NCBI GenBank assembly: GCA_030141605.1
Contig: JAQGDQ010001938.1
Coordinates: forward strand, 1 to 20,109
Reading direction: 5' to 3'
Origin: Tubiluchus corallicola
Lineage: Eukaryota; Animalia; Priapulida
DNA length: 20,109 bases
A program made the position numbers and the translations under genes. Each line of letters starts with the position of its first letter. The first letter of the stretch is position 1. Under the pieces are notes generated by a model. The model worked only from the letters and a program-made list of their open reading frames with translations. It searched no databases and had not been told where the DNA came from. Positions 9,843 to 20,109 of the stretch are shown here, piece by piece.

Positions 9843-10370
9843 TTGATATTTTTGAATGGACTAAATAACTGTCAATCTAACTAAACTACGTAACTTTTCA
9901 TAAAATTAGTCAACGTCAGTCACTTTTGCTTTTCTATTTTAATTTTTAAATATTGCAGAAATAAAGATCAGTAGTTTACATGAAATTCAACTGAGACTTT
10001 TGAAGATTTGTCATAAATTCCTCTCAGAGACACTAGCAATAACGGCTTCAATAACGGAAACGATCGTCGCTCAATAAACACGTTGATAAAAAACTTACTT
10101 TAACATTTGCCTACCATTCCAGAACGATTCTGATTTTGAAAATGGTTGGCATACGGACTGAAATGCTCAAAAACAGAGCAAGAATACAACGTGAATCTAA
10201 TACAGAAACTGCACACACACTGGTGCAGCCAAAAATCTGTGTTAAGATTGGAAAGATCGAACAAACAAGCAAACGTACTATCCTAAAACAATATAAACAA
10301 ATATACAAAAAACGGGCTCTCAAAGACAAGCAGCAGCAAAGCATTTAATGAAACTACATATATATATATA

Positions 10371-10706
10371 CAGTCAACCCTCGTTAAACCGGACTAATTG
10401 GGGGTGGGGGGTGGTCCGGTTTAGCCAATTGTCCGATATGCCTATATATGGTCTATATTATACAGGAATAATCACGTTGATAAGGCCTATATACATTGCG
10501 CTATATACTGTGCACTATATGCTATACTGTATATTACTTTAAAATAGTTAACCTGTGAGGATAAAGAAATCATTGTACAGTTGGTAGGTCGTGTTGTGTT
10601 TAGCGCTCCGGCTCGGACGGAAATCGGTCAGTTTCCTTTACCACGGATGACGCCCGTCTTATCCGATATCCGGGCTAACGGGGTCCGGTTTATCGAGGGT
10701 CGACTG
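10371..10706. mobile_element. Tc1/mariner (Tigger/pogo-like) MITE, 336 bp
   Basis: 24-bp TIRs CAGTC(A/G)ACCCTCG(T/A)TAAACCGGAC (22/24 match), TA flanks, inserted in a (TA)n run. Confidence 0.88.
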
Positions 10707-10747
10707 TATACTATATGCTGTGTATGTTTGTATATACTGAATATATA

Positions 10748-10868
10748 TACACACACACGCACGTACACACCCACCTACCCACGCATGCAACACACACACA
10801 CACACCCACACCCACACACTCCAACACGCACGCATGCACGCACGCACGCACACACACACACACACACA
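10748..10868. repeat. Imperfect (CA)n/(CACG)n microsatellite
   Basis: Directly visible. Confidence 0.9.
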
Positions 10869-11023
10869 GTCAACAAAATTTAGACAAAGTTCTAGGAAAA
10901 AACATAGCAGAAGTAGTACAAACTATCAGCTCACACGCTAAGCCATATAGTCAAAATCAGGTCTACTAGTTCGCTAACATAAAATGCACGGTCAGTCAGT
11001 CATAATTACGCAAATCAACATAC

Positions 11024-11186
11024 CGGTTAGCAAATTTATGAGAGCCGAATTTTCTCCGGAGTCTTCCCTATACCCGGCGCTGTTTAATAAATTATTGGCT
11101 AAGAGTTGCTGGTAGACTTCTTCTAGCCAGGTGGCGGAGAGATAGACGAGGACTCCGCTGCCGTGCACTTCTTCCGTAAATTCTTT
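11024..11186 (-). CDS. ARFGEF3: ARFGEF3 exon, KEFTEEVHGSGVLVYLSATWLEEVYQQLLANNLLNSAGYREDSGENSALINLLT
   Basis: Acceptor TTTTTTGCAG|AAA, donor G|GTATGT; 163 nt, phase 0 to 1. Resembles recalled BIG3 SGVLMVFSQAWIEELY...AGY...LITMLT. Confidence 0.92.
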
Positions 11187-11386
11187 CTGCAAAAAACACG
11201 ATTTTGTTAAAGCCATAATTTTTGCGCATTTTTGCGCAATTGAAAGAAGAAAAATGGGCCGGAATAGAACTCGCTAACAAGAATAATCCTCAGTGAGACG
11301 AGGCACTGAACCATTCGGAACAGCTAAGAGAAACGATTAGAGACATTCAGGTCAGGTTTGTTACCGATGTTGTTTTTAATTTTGAA

Positions 11387-11899
11387 TAGTTTTGCTCCGG
11401 ATAGCTCCGAATACACTTTTTGCCGGATAGCGAATACCGTATATCATCGAATGTTTCCAGTTGACTTCCGGATTTGGATTATAACCGGATAGGTTAGCTA
11501 AATTCGGATCGAATATGCGAATCAGTTCAGATAATGAAAAATTGATAAATATTTGCAAACTTTAGCGTTTTTATTTGGACTATCATATTGAAGGACCTTG
11601 CCCAAAGATACACCATATTGCCACACACAAACGAAAAAAGATGTGTGTAAATTTTCGTTTTGAAAACACAGACGTAGGCTAAAATAATCTCTAAGCTCTT
11701 GGTTAATATTTTATTTAGTTATTTTCAGTTTTTAAATTATTCGAAAACCGTTTTCAATTCCACATTACGAAAACAGGATAGCGAATATTTGCGAATATCA
11801 AATTTTTATAACTACCGGATAACGTCGGATGCGAATACCTGCAAAATCTCGCGAATATCACCATTTTCGGATACGAATCAGATACCAGGACCAAAACTA
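11387..11899. mobile_element. Old hAT-like MITE, 513 bp
   Basis: TIRs TAGTTTTGCTCC / GGACCAAAACTA; many CGGATA/CGAATA subterminal motifs at both ends; decayed 8-bp flanks ATTTTGAA / CTTTGGAT (5/8). Confidence 0.62.
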
Positions 11900-12040
11900 C
11901 TTTGGATTAACGCTTTACAACTTCATATGTGATCTACGATTAATATACTTTATCGTTGTTAGTCAATAAATTCAATTCAATTCAATTCAATTCTGTAATT
12001 TCCACTTTGAATTAGCAGACTCCTACGTTAATAAACATTG

Positions 12041-12246
12041 CCGTATATACTTATGTACAAGTCGAATTTTTGGGAAGCGATTTCAAGGTGAAATTTTTGG
12101 GGTCGACATACTTACGATATGCTTTTTTTCGGATCCTGGCCACAGTGTCCTAAGGTCAAAGGCATTACAAACAATTATACACACCCACACCCACACGCAC
12201 ACGCACACGCACACGCACACGCACACGCACACGCACACGCACACGC

Positions 12247-12300
<54 letters not shown>

Positions 12301-12476
12301 TGGTTAGGTATAATGTACTTGGCCCAGGCACTTGCATGTATCTTACACAATAATACAATAGGCTATTGACGTATTACTCGGCCATTGTTGACATCATTTA
12401 CTCTGGAAGATCTTAATAATATGTAAAATGATGCAATTTTTAAAATGCAAATCGACTTGTACACACGTATATATGA
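12041..12476. mobile_element. Tc2-like Tc1/mariner MITE with an internal microsatellite
   Basis: 25-bp TIRs CCGTATATACTTATGTACAAGTCGA / TCGACTTGTACACACGTATATATGA (21/25); TG left flank, TA right flank. Confidence 0.7.
12179..12299. repeat. (CACGCA)n(CA)n compound microsatellite
   Basis: Directly visible. Confidence 0.95.
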
Positions 12477-12832
12477 TAATTGTACACTGTACAAGCCAGT
12501 TGTTGTGAATGCCAAAAAAAACGACTACATATAATCTTTAGATGAGCATCGTTTGAAAATAATATTTATATCAAATTAGATCAAATCTCGAAAACTGTAT
12601 AGACCGTCAGTGCCAATTGTCACTGTCAATCACAGCAAAAGTATTTCATGGTAACTCACTATACAAATTGCCAAATTTTGTATTACTTAAATTTTGATTT
12701 TCTGTTGTCCACACTGTGAGCATTTGAATGACAGTCATTCGGGTTTTCCGCAATAACGACATGGCAGTTTAATAAAACTCATTACAAAATATAATATTTA
12801 TAATTTTATCGTAAAAAACAAACACATTCCAT

Positions 12833-13945
12833 GGTAACTCACTATACAGACTGCCAAACTTTGCGTCGCTTAAATGTCACTTTATGTCCACACCGTCAGC
12901 ATTTGAATGACAGTGTCTTTGAATGTTTTTAGCAATAACAACATAGTAACTTTGTGTCACTTAAATGTCACTTTACGTCCACACTGTCAGCATTTGAATG
13001 ACAGTGTTTTTGAATGTTTTTAGCAATAACAACATAGTAACTTTGTGTCACTTAAATGTCACTTTACGTCCACACTGTCAGCATTTGAATGACAGTGTTT
13101 TTGAATGTTTTTAGCAATAATAACATAGTAACTTTGTGTCACTTAAATGTCACTTTACGTCCACACTGTCAGCATTTGAATGTCAGTGTTTTTGAATGCT
13201 TTTAGCAATAACAACATAGTAACTTTGTGTCACTTAAATGTCACTTTACGTCCACACTGTCAGCATTTGAATGACAGTGTTCTTGAATGTTTTTAGCAAT
13301 AACAACATAGTAACTTTGCATCGCTTAAATGTCACTTTAAGTTCACACCGTCAGCATTTGAATGACAGTGTTCTTGAATGTTTTTAGCAATAACAACATA
13401 GTAACTTTGTGTCACTTAAATGTCACTTTACGTCCACACTGTCAGCATTTGAATGACAGTGTTCTTGAATGTTTTTAGCAATAACAACATAGTAACTTTG
13501 CGTCGCTTAAATGTCACTTTAAGTTCACACCGTCAGCATTTGAATGACAGTGTTCTTGAATGTTTTTAGCAATAACAAAATAGTAACTTTGTGTCACTTA
13601 AAGTCACTTTACGTCCACACTGTCAGCATTTGAATGACAGTGCCTTTGAATGTTTTTAGCAATAACAACATAGTAACTTTGTGTCACTTATATGTCACTT
13701 TATGTCCACACTGTCAGCATTTGAATGACAGTGTTCTTGAATGCTTTTAGCAATAACAACATAGTAACTTTGTGTCACTTAAAGTCACTTTACGTCCACA
13801 CTGTCAGCATTTGAATGACAGTGCCTTGAATGTTTTTAGCAATAACAACATAGTAACTTTGTGTCACTTATATGTCACTTTATGTCCACACTGTCAGCAT
13901 TTGAATGACAGTGTCTTTGAATGTTTTTAGCAATAACAACATAGT
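12833..13945. repeat. 91-bp minisatellite, about 12 copies, plus a diverged unit near 12650-12770
   Basis: GTAACTTTG at 12946, 13037 and onward; internal inverted repeat ACACTGTCA-N9-TGACAGTGT. Confidence 0.95.
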
Positions 13946-13964
13946 GATACTCATGTGTGTGTAC

Positions 13965-14140
13965 CTGTGTCACAGGTATATCTGCCGACGCATCTTTGTA
14001 CCAGCCGGAATGGATAAGCTTCAGGTTGAATAGCAGCGCAGAGTAAGTAGCCAGGTACACGCCGTCGGCGTTCACTATAGCTATGTGAGTGAGGCAGTCA
14101 GAGTCACGGGTGTTGATGCACTTCTGTGCCTCGGCCAGTT
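13965..14140 (-). CDS. ARFGEF3: ARFGEF3 exon, (E)LAEAQKCINTRDSDCLTHIAIVNADGVYLATYSALLFNLKLIHSGWYKDASADIPVTQ
   Basis: Acceptor TTGTTTACAG|AA, donor CAG|GTACAC; 176 nt, phase 1 to 0. NAD..Y.A...ALL.NLKL resembles BIG3. Confidence 0.9.
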
Positions 14141-14389
14141 CTGTAAACAACAACAACTTTCACTAAATAATAACAACAACAAACGGGCGAAAATACAAAC
14201 AAATACAAATACAACTGCATTAAGTGTAGGGAAATTCGCCTAGTATCTCGTTGGTCACGTGACCACGGTTACTCACCTGTGCAGACCTGTTTCTACCTGG
14301 GCAAGTGAGTTAGTTGGTAGACGTTAACAGGCTTCTTTAAAAGTAGTTTTTCACAGTATGATAGTGACATAATTTGTCAGATATATTGG

Positions 14390-15278
14390 TAAATACTAGA
14401 TTTGCTTTATGGGAGACATACGATGTAAGTAAATACATCATTTTGTATCATTTTGGATCATTATGAACTGATCACTTTGAACATTTCAGTTTAATGAATG
14501 ACAATCTTACCATTTTGTTAGAATGTCGTATAAATCAGTAAATTACCAAATTAGGTTTATTTAATGCGTGATTTTGTGTTTAGTCTAGAACTACAGAATT
14601 AAATGCAAATTTGTAAAATGGCCTTTTTTATTTTTTAATAGAAATGACATATAAAACACTATAATACTGAGTTAGAATATGGCAGTCATTGATTGTAGTA
14701 CATATAACAATCCTAATTACTGAATAATTGTATTGTTTTGTTTAGATTTAGGTATCTAACTTTATTATTTTTTGTTTTCAGTTCTTTTTTGATAATTTGT
14801 ATCATTTATACTGTTTTTATTATTATTTTTTTCTCATTTGTTTTTGTTTTTGTTATCTGCAGCATCATCGTTAATTTTTAATATACTAATCTATTTATAA
14901 GAAAGGGCAGGAGATTAGATGACCCTATGGTCCTTCTCTGCCCTGCTCCATGATTATAATTACTTAATATTTAAAAAAAAACTTTTGATGATAAACTAAT
15001 TGGAGAAAATAAATGTTCTATGTCTATGTCTATGTCTATGTCTATGTGTATGTGTATGTGTATGTCTATGCCTATGTCTATGTCTATGTCTATGTCTATG
15101 CACATGTCTATGTGTATGTGTGTGTCTATGTGTATGTCTATGCCTATGCCTATGCCTATGTCAATGTCAATGTCAATGTCAATGTCTATGTCTATGTCTA
15201 TGTCTATGTGTGTCTATGTGTATGTCTATGTGTATGTCTATGTCTATGTCTATGTCTATGTCTATGTCTATGTCTATG
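14390..15278 (+). mobile_element. Probable 5'-truncated LINE (L2/Crack-like) relic ending in a (TCTATG)n tail
   Basis: T-rich 3'UTR-like tract, stem AGGGCAG...CTGCCCT (~14904-14944), AATAAA immediately before the hexamer repeat. The 5' limit is uncertain. Confidence 0.4.
15017..15278. repeat. (TCTATG)n microsatellite with TGTATG/CCTATG/TCAATG variants
   Basis: Directly visible. Confidence 0.95.
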
Positions 15279-15881
15279 CAGGTTTGGCACTACTGAAAGG
15301 GAAAAGTAGGGAAACGCTGATCTAACTAGTGAAAATAAAGAGAATTATGCAAAGAAAAACGGGGAAGATATACTGCCGTTTGCCGATAGTCACAGTAAAT
15401 CCCGCGACTAGTTATTTTGCAGTTTACATTTTCATACTTTTGCATCGTGTCTCTGCTGAACTCCTTTCCAATTCATTTCTTTTCTCTTTTTCTCTATCTC
15501 TGTCTATTATTTTATCTTACCTACTCCCTGTTTTTCTATAATTCTCTCTCTTGTAAATTAAGTCGTTTTTTCACTTTTCGTGGTGGTCTTACAAGCTTTG
15601 CTTCTTGACCACCATGCAGCATCTATTTCTTGTCGACAAACTATTATATAGTTCAGTAACTATGTTAGTATACTTCTGTTAATTTTTTGTAATTATATAT
15701 GAAATTAAATTTTTTCCCTAACTATATCATGCCATAGTATACTAATGTAGTTCTGTTACAATTATTGTAACTATACTTCATTTTCTAGTTATAGGGCATA
15801 ATAGTTAAAGATAATAATGCGTATTGTAATGTAAAAATACATGCTGAAGTGATAATAAATTACAATTACAAAATTACGTAC

Positions 15882-16059
15882 CTTCGCAATAGGAGGAAGC
15901 AAACTGTTGTAATGCATCGTCTACTTCTATGGAGCTACGTATTCTCAGCAGCCGCGGTAGCAACTGCTCAAGATGCCTGACAAAATCTCCAGCGTTGCTT
16001 CGTTCCATGTCCGCAAAGCGATTACGGCACTCGGAGAAGTTCTCCAGCCACTCCCTTTC
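15882..16059 (-). CDS. ARFGEF3: ARFGEF3 exon, EREWLENFSECRNRFADMERSNAGDFVRHLEQLLPRLLRIRSSIEVDDALQQFASSYCE
   Basis: Not in the ORF track. Acceptor TTTAATTAG|GAA, donor G|GTACGT; 178 nt, phase 0 to 1. LLPRLL...EVDDALQQFASSYC resembles the recalled BIG3 Sec7-region motif LLPRLL...EVDTALQNFASTFC. Confidence 0.9.
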
Positions 16060-16125
16060 CTAATTAAATAAAAAAAATGTCGTTAAGATCTTCGTTTTCT
16101 TCTACAAAAAACAACCCAATTAGAC

Positions 16126-16245
16126 ACTAACGGCCAAATCACGTTGAAAACACCGGTTCTCGTCTGGTCACCGAAGTTAAGCAATGAAAAGCCTGGTTAG
16201 TATTTGGATGGGTGACTTCCCAGGAATACCAGGTGCTATAGGCTT
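16126..16245 (+). pseudogene. Degenerate 5S rRNA sequence (SINE head)
   Basis: CACGTTGAAAACACCGGTTCTCGTC, box A AGTTAAGC, box C GGATGGGTGAC, 3' end TAGGCTT; several substitutions and no oligo-T terminator. Confidence 0.85.
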
Positions 16246-16618
16246 GCGGAATGCCCACACTGTATCTCGACACTAGGCGGAGGAGCTGCATAAGCAGCCA
16301 ATGGCTAGAGGGCGGTGGAGGTCAAGTGACCCAACGGCCATGTGTAGAGGAGTAAATCTTCCAAATCAGGAGTGGAGCCCCGAAAGCGGACCAGTGCAGC
16401 ATGCTCATTGACTCCGGCAGCTCCTGCAGCCAACCTGGTGCCAAACGTATCGCTCCACTTTCCTTTAGACTACACCAGGGAGGAAGAGAGGGGGGTTCCT
16501 GTTGTCTGGGCAACTCAGGATCTTCATACACCTTGCCCAGGCGTGCAACCTGGAAAGGCCACTCCAGGATGGTTCAAGGATCGGACTGCTCAGCCACAGT
16601 CGACGCTGCAGTTCTACT
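16126..16618 (+). mobile_element. 5S rRNA-derived SINE (SINE3) with an RTE-like 5'UTR body and an RTE ORF-end tail
   Basis: The 120-nt 5S-like head (16126-16245) runs directly into a GC-rich body; 16574-16618 translates as SRIGLLSHSRRCSST, like the RTE ORF C-terminal zinc-finger end. Confidence 0.78.
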
Positions 16619-16657
16619 TATATATAACTGAACATGATATAATCTACAGGACATTAC

Positions 16658-16817
16658 CTTAGCGTCGTGTTTTTCTAAGTTGTCTTTGATCTGATCAAAC
16701 ACGTGCTTGTTATCAACTTTACGTTTCGAGGCTCTGGAATGTTGAAGACGATCATCGACTTCCTCCGATTCGATCGGGACCGCGCCAGATTCGATCTCTT
16801 GCGCGGGCAGCGAATCT
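16658..16817 (-). CDS. ARFGEF3: ARFGEF3 exon, (R)DSLPAQEIESGAVPIESEEVDDRLQHSRASKRKVDNKHVFDQIKDNLEKHDAK
   Basis: Acceptor TGTTTCTCAACAG|A, donor AAG|GTAATG; 160 nt, phase 2 to 0, joins in frame to the conserved exon downstream. Confidence 0.75.
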
Positions 16818-16899
16818 CTGTTGAGAAACAATCAAGATTCATCAACACCATGTTAACTTCGTTTAGCGAAATGTTAAAATAACAACATGGACAACACAA

Positions 16900-17095
16900 T
16901 TCAGTTCAGCCCAATCAAATTCAATCCAACCGAATTCAATTCAAATCATTTTATTTATGAATTTCGCGGCATTAGAGTTTTGTATGCATTAATCATAGAT
17001 CTGCTTGAGGTGTCTACATGAATTTATTGAGACGGGATTTCACCTGAGAGATCTTTAAGCTCTTCGTAGGAGGTCTTAGTTCGTTAGATAAACAG
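16900..17095 (-). mobile_element. Probable LINE 3' tail with a degenerate (ATTGA)n end
   Basis: On the minus strand, AATAAA is followed by (TTGAA)-like repeats, with a GC-richer stem-like segment upstream. Confidence 0.35.
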
Positions 17096-18028
17096 CTAGT
17101 TGGAGTAATTTTGTCCCAAAACATGAGAAAACAAAAACACTGAACTCAACAGGTACTAAAGTCAAAATTGAAGGACAAGAAAGAGGTACCTGAAGTAGAT
17201 TTCAGAAAAATCACCTTAAAAAATTATACTACCTTATAGCAATTTTATGCGTATATTTTACTCACGCTGAAAGGAATTTTAGTTCGTTTTCATTTTAAAT
17301 CTCCCTCAATACTGTTCCGAAGTCGCCATTACATGACGTCATGTACCAAACGTAAATCAAGGTAAGAAAAGGCAATGTTAAATTATGTCTCAAAAGACTT
17401 CCGTGCAAATCTATATTACTTAGATTTTTGCTTACCTACTAGAAAGACTTATGTAACTAGAAAAGAAAATTATTAATTATTTAAAATGTTTTCACCAATT
17501 GGTAAAATTTCGCTGACTCACCTCCAGGGTGCACCACTCAGTAACCAAAAATGCATTTTTAATCTTATTGACAAGATACAATAATTTTACATTTTATTTA
17601 GTTAGTGACTTGTGTGCTACGAATGCTCTGATTATTTTTTCAGACTTTACACAATGTTATTTAAACTTGTTTCAAATGACCTGTGGTCAAAATGGCTGCA
17701 TTTAACGGTCATCGCGGGAGTTTAAATTTACATGTTTTATACAGCGTGACTGCCGATTGAAGTCCTGCATGCAAAAAGGCAGTATGTAAGCGATATAAAA
17801 TTTCATAACGAATTTTTCAAGCTTTAAGTTTATGAAGAGTTTTCTTGTGCTTTAAGTCAAAGTGCAACCGGATGCAACTGGAATAACCTACCAGTTTCTT
17901 TACGAAGATCGTGAGCTGACAGACGAAGCCTAGTCGTCTGCATTCTATCGAATTCTTTAACATCTAACGAAGGATTAAAGCGATTATTTGATTATATTAC
18001 GATGAATCACTTAATCTCAATATCGTAC

Positions 18029-18123
18029 CTGTTTCCTTCAATGTCTTGCTTTTCTACAGCCGTATCACCACCACTATCCACGTCGTTACCATCTTCTTGC
18101 ATTGCTTCATGACTTGTTTCAGC
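18029..18123 (-). CDS. ARFGEF3: ARFGEF3 exon, AETSHEAMQEDGNDVDSGGDTAVEKQDIEGN(R)
   Basis: Acceptor TTCTTCCAG|GCT, donor AG|GTACGA; 95 nt, phase 0 to 2, compatible with exon 16658-16817. Confidence 0.65.
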
Positions 18124-18428
18124 CTGGAAGAACACTACTGTTACTAAATATGACCAAATGCTACTTACAGTCATGTGAAAAATGTTGATGTGACCCGAAT
18201 ACATTTTAAAATCATCCTCCACCCTCAAAATTTTTTAAATTCAATTATCAACTGTGAAGGATCTTAGGTTATTTCATTACTAAAGTGTTCTCATTCTGTA
18301 ACCCCCCCCCCCCCTATACTGCCCTTTTAACTGCATTCAGATGTGTCTTGACTTGGCTTCTTTCTGTCATGCTCTACTGACAGAGCTAGTTTACCTGGCT
18401 AGTTGGTAGTCTGTTCTTGGCTAAGAGA

Positions 18429-18491
18429 GTTGTTGTTGTTGTTGTTGTTGTTGTTGTCGTTGTTATTGTTGTTGTTGTTGTTGTTGTTGTT
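18429..18491. repeat. (GTT)n microsatellite
   Basis: Directly visible. Confidence 0.95.
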
Positions 18492-19104
18492 TTGTCTCAG
18501 TTAAACCATTTATTTGTCAAGAGTAGTAGACCCATGATGCAAGTTTATTTTGAATATTCAGTCTCACTTTATTATTAATTTCTTTGTTTTCTTTTTGGCT
18601 CAAATTAGTTTGTTATATTTTGTTATATTTTTCTTGCAGATAAAACGTAATAAAGCTACTCAAACATGAATTTTTTGACTTTGGGCATCATGAAGTAGTA
18701 GTCTCTCACATCAACCTTGGGACCAGAAAAAACCGTCCCTTATATCCGATGTCCCTTATAGCCGAAGCTGAGTCAGACCGAGGGCGTGTCTAGATCTGTA
18801 CTTTTGAACATATTTTTATGGATTATTGCTACACATTCAGAGCAAACAATATGTAGGAAGCTCCCTCAGTGATGCGAGATGTATTTACCGATCAGCAATA
18901 ATTTACATTTTGATGTTTATTAATTCTGTTCGCTACTCTGCAAGTAGCAATTCAGTATTCAACAGCTGTACCTAGGCATTGTTGTGGATTGACTGAAAGA
19001 TAATCTATTAAAATGAGATGCTTCCTCTCTGAGGCTGAGGATACCCAGATTATCCACACGCCGTATGGCAGATGAAACCTCCCGAAAATGAGTATTGCAC
19101 CTCT

Positions 19105-19913
19105 AAGCAGATAACCAGGTCCAAATGTTGCTCAACTTAGCTCGCTAAGCGCACAAAGTAACGCTCAGTTGTAAGGTAATAAACCACTCACCAAAAGGTA
19201 ATAAAAATACTATACTAAAAAAGAATATCGTATTTAATGTCACTACCTAAACAGATAACCAGGTCCAGTGTTGTATAACTTAGGTCACTAAGCACACAAA
19301 ATAAAAACTCGGTTATTCTACTCACCCACAGGTAAAACTACTATAGTAAAATGAATATGATGTTTAATGCCCAGATCTAAACAGATAAGCAGGTCAAGTG
19401 TTGCTTAACTTAGGTCGCTAAACGCACGAAGTAACAGTTCGGTTGTTCCACTCACCCCAAAGTAATAAAATTACCATATTAAAAAAGGACATGACGTTTA
19501 ATGCTCAGACCAGAACAGATAAGCAGGTCCAGTGTTGCTTAACTTAGGTCGCTAAACGCATGAAGTAACAGTTTGGTTGTTCCACTCACCCCAAAGTAAT
19601 AAACCTACCATATTAAAAAAGTACATGATGTTTAATGCTCAGACCAGAACAGATAAGCAGGTCCAGTGTTGCTTAACTTAGGTCACTAAACACACAAAGT
19701 AACAGTTCGGTTGTTCCACTCACCCCAAAGTAAAAAAACTACTATATTAAAAAAAGGACATCATGTTTAATGCTCAGACCAGAACAGATAAGCAGGTCCA
19801 GTGTTGCTTAACTTAGGTCACTAAACACACAAAGTAACAGTTCGGTTGTTCCACTCACCCCAAAGTAAAAAAACTACTATATTAAAAAAAGGACATCATG
19901 TTTAATGCTCAGA
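19105..19913. repeat. ~134-bp minisatellite, about 6 copies, left copies diverged
   Basis: CAGATAA(G/C)CAGGTC recurs near 19108, 19251, 19381, 19515, 19649 and 19784. Confidence 0.92.
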
Positions 19914-19955
19914 CAGCTACATCAAGACTTCTCAATTATCATCTGTTCTACAAAC

Positions 19956-20109
19956 CTCTTGGAAATTAGTTCTTATGTCGGCAGCCTCTGTAGTCTTCTC
20001 GGAATCCGCAACAAGCTCCTTTGCATCGACACCGGAGATATCGGTTTGATCCAAACTGGATAGGTGTTCCTTTTCACCAGCGTAGCAAAGTTCTTGTTCC
20101 TCATCTGAT
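19956..20109 (-). CDS. ARFGEF3: ARFGEF3/BIG3 exon (5' part outside window), acidic linker SDEEQELCYAGEKEHLSSLDQTDISGVDAKELVADSEKTTEAADIRTNFQE
   Basis: Open frame of 51 codons to the window edge; donor GAG|GTTTGT at 19956/19955, phase 0, matching the next exon. Assigned by splice continuity, not recognisable homology. Confidence 0.6.

Noticed and set aside
10581-15325. HT-, CV-, VY- and MS-rich ORFs at 10581-10969, 12083-12358 and 15000-15325
   Set aside because: They are microsatellite translations.
16126-16245. Functional 5S rRNA gene
   Set aside because: It is a single copy with substitutions that disrupt helices, has no oligo-T terminator, and is fused to retroelement sequence.
16246-16574. 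HDV-like ribozyme in the RTE-derived body
   Set aside because: RTE 5' ends can carry one, but I could not build the nested double pseudoknot here. A descriptor or Infernal search would be decisive.
17515-17565. Consensus donor GAG|GTGAGT on the minus strand as another exon
   Set aside because: The upstream acceptor is weak, the peptide is unconvincing, and it is not needed for frame continuity.
18700-18770. Tigger/Tc1-like subterminal fragment (GGGACCAGAAAAAACCGTCCCTTATATCCGA)
   Set aside because: No matching TIR pair or TA target duplication could be delimited.

Overview
AT-rich, intron-rich eukaryotic (invertebrate-like) genomic DNA, not a prokaryotic locus. The minus strand carries an internal stretch of ARFGEF3 (BIG3): seven phase-compatible GT-AG exons from 20109 down to 3414, followed by an identical second copy of the 108-nt exon at 428-535. 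That copy is part of an apparent ~6.4 kb intragenic tandem duplication. The introns contain non-autonomous DNA transposons (hAT, piggyBac, Tc1/mariner, possibly Kolobok), LINE 3' tails, a 5S rRNA-headed SINE with RTE-derived body and tail, six minisatellite families (31, 58, ~92, 91, 134 and 137 bp) and microsatellites. Most ORFs in the supplied track are repeat artefacts. The strongest leads are the frame-preserving exon duplication, the 5S/RTE SINE3, and a 137-bp satellite whose hairpin contains consensus 5' splice sites. I see no convincing new multi-gene system. Family assignments come from recalled sequence knowledge, not from a search.
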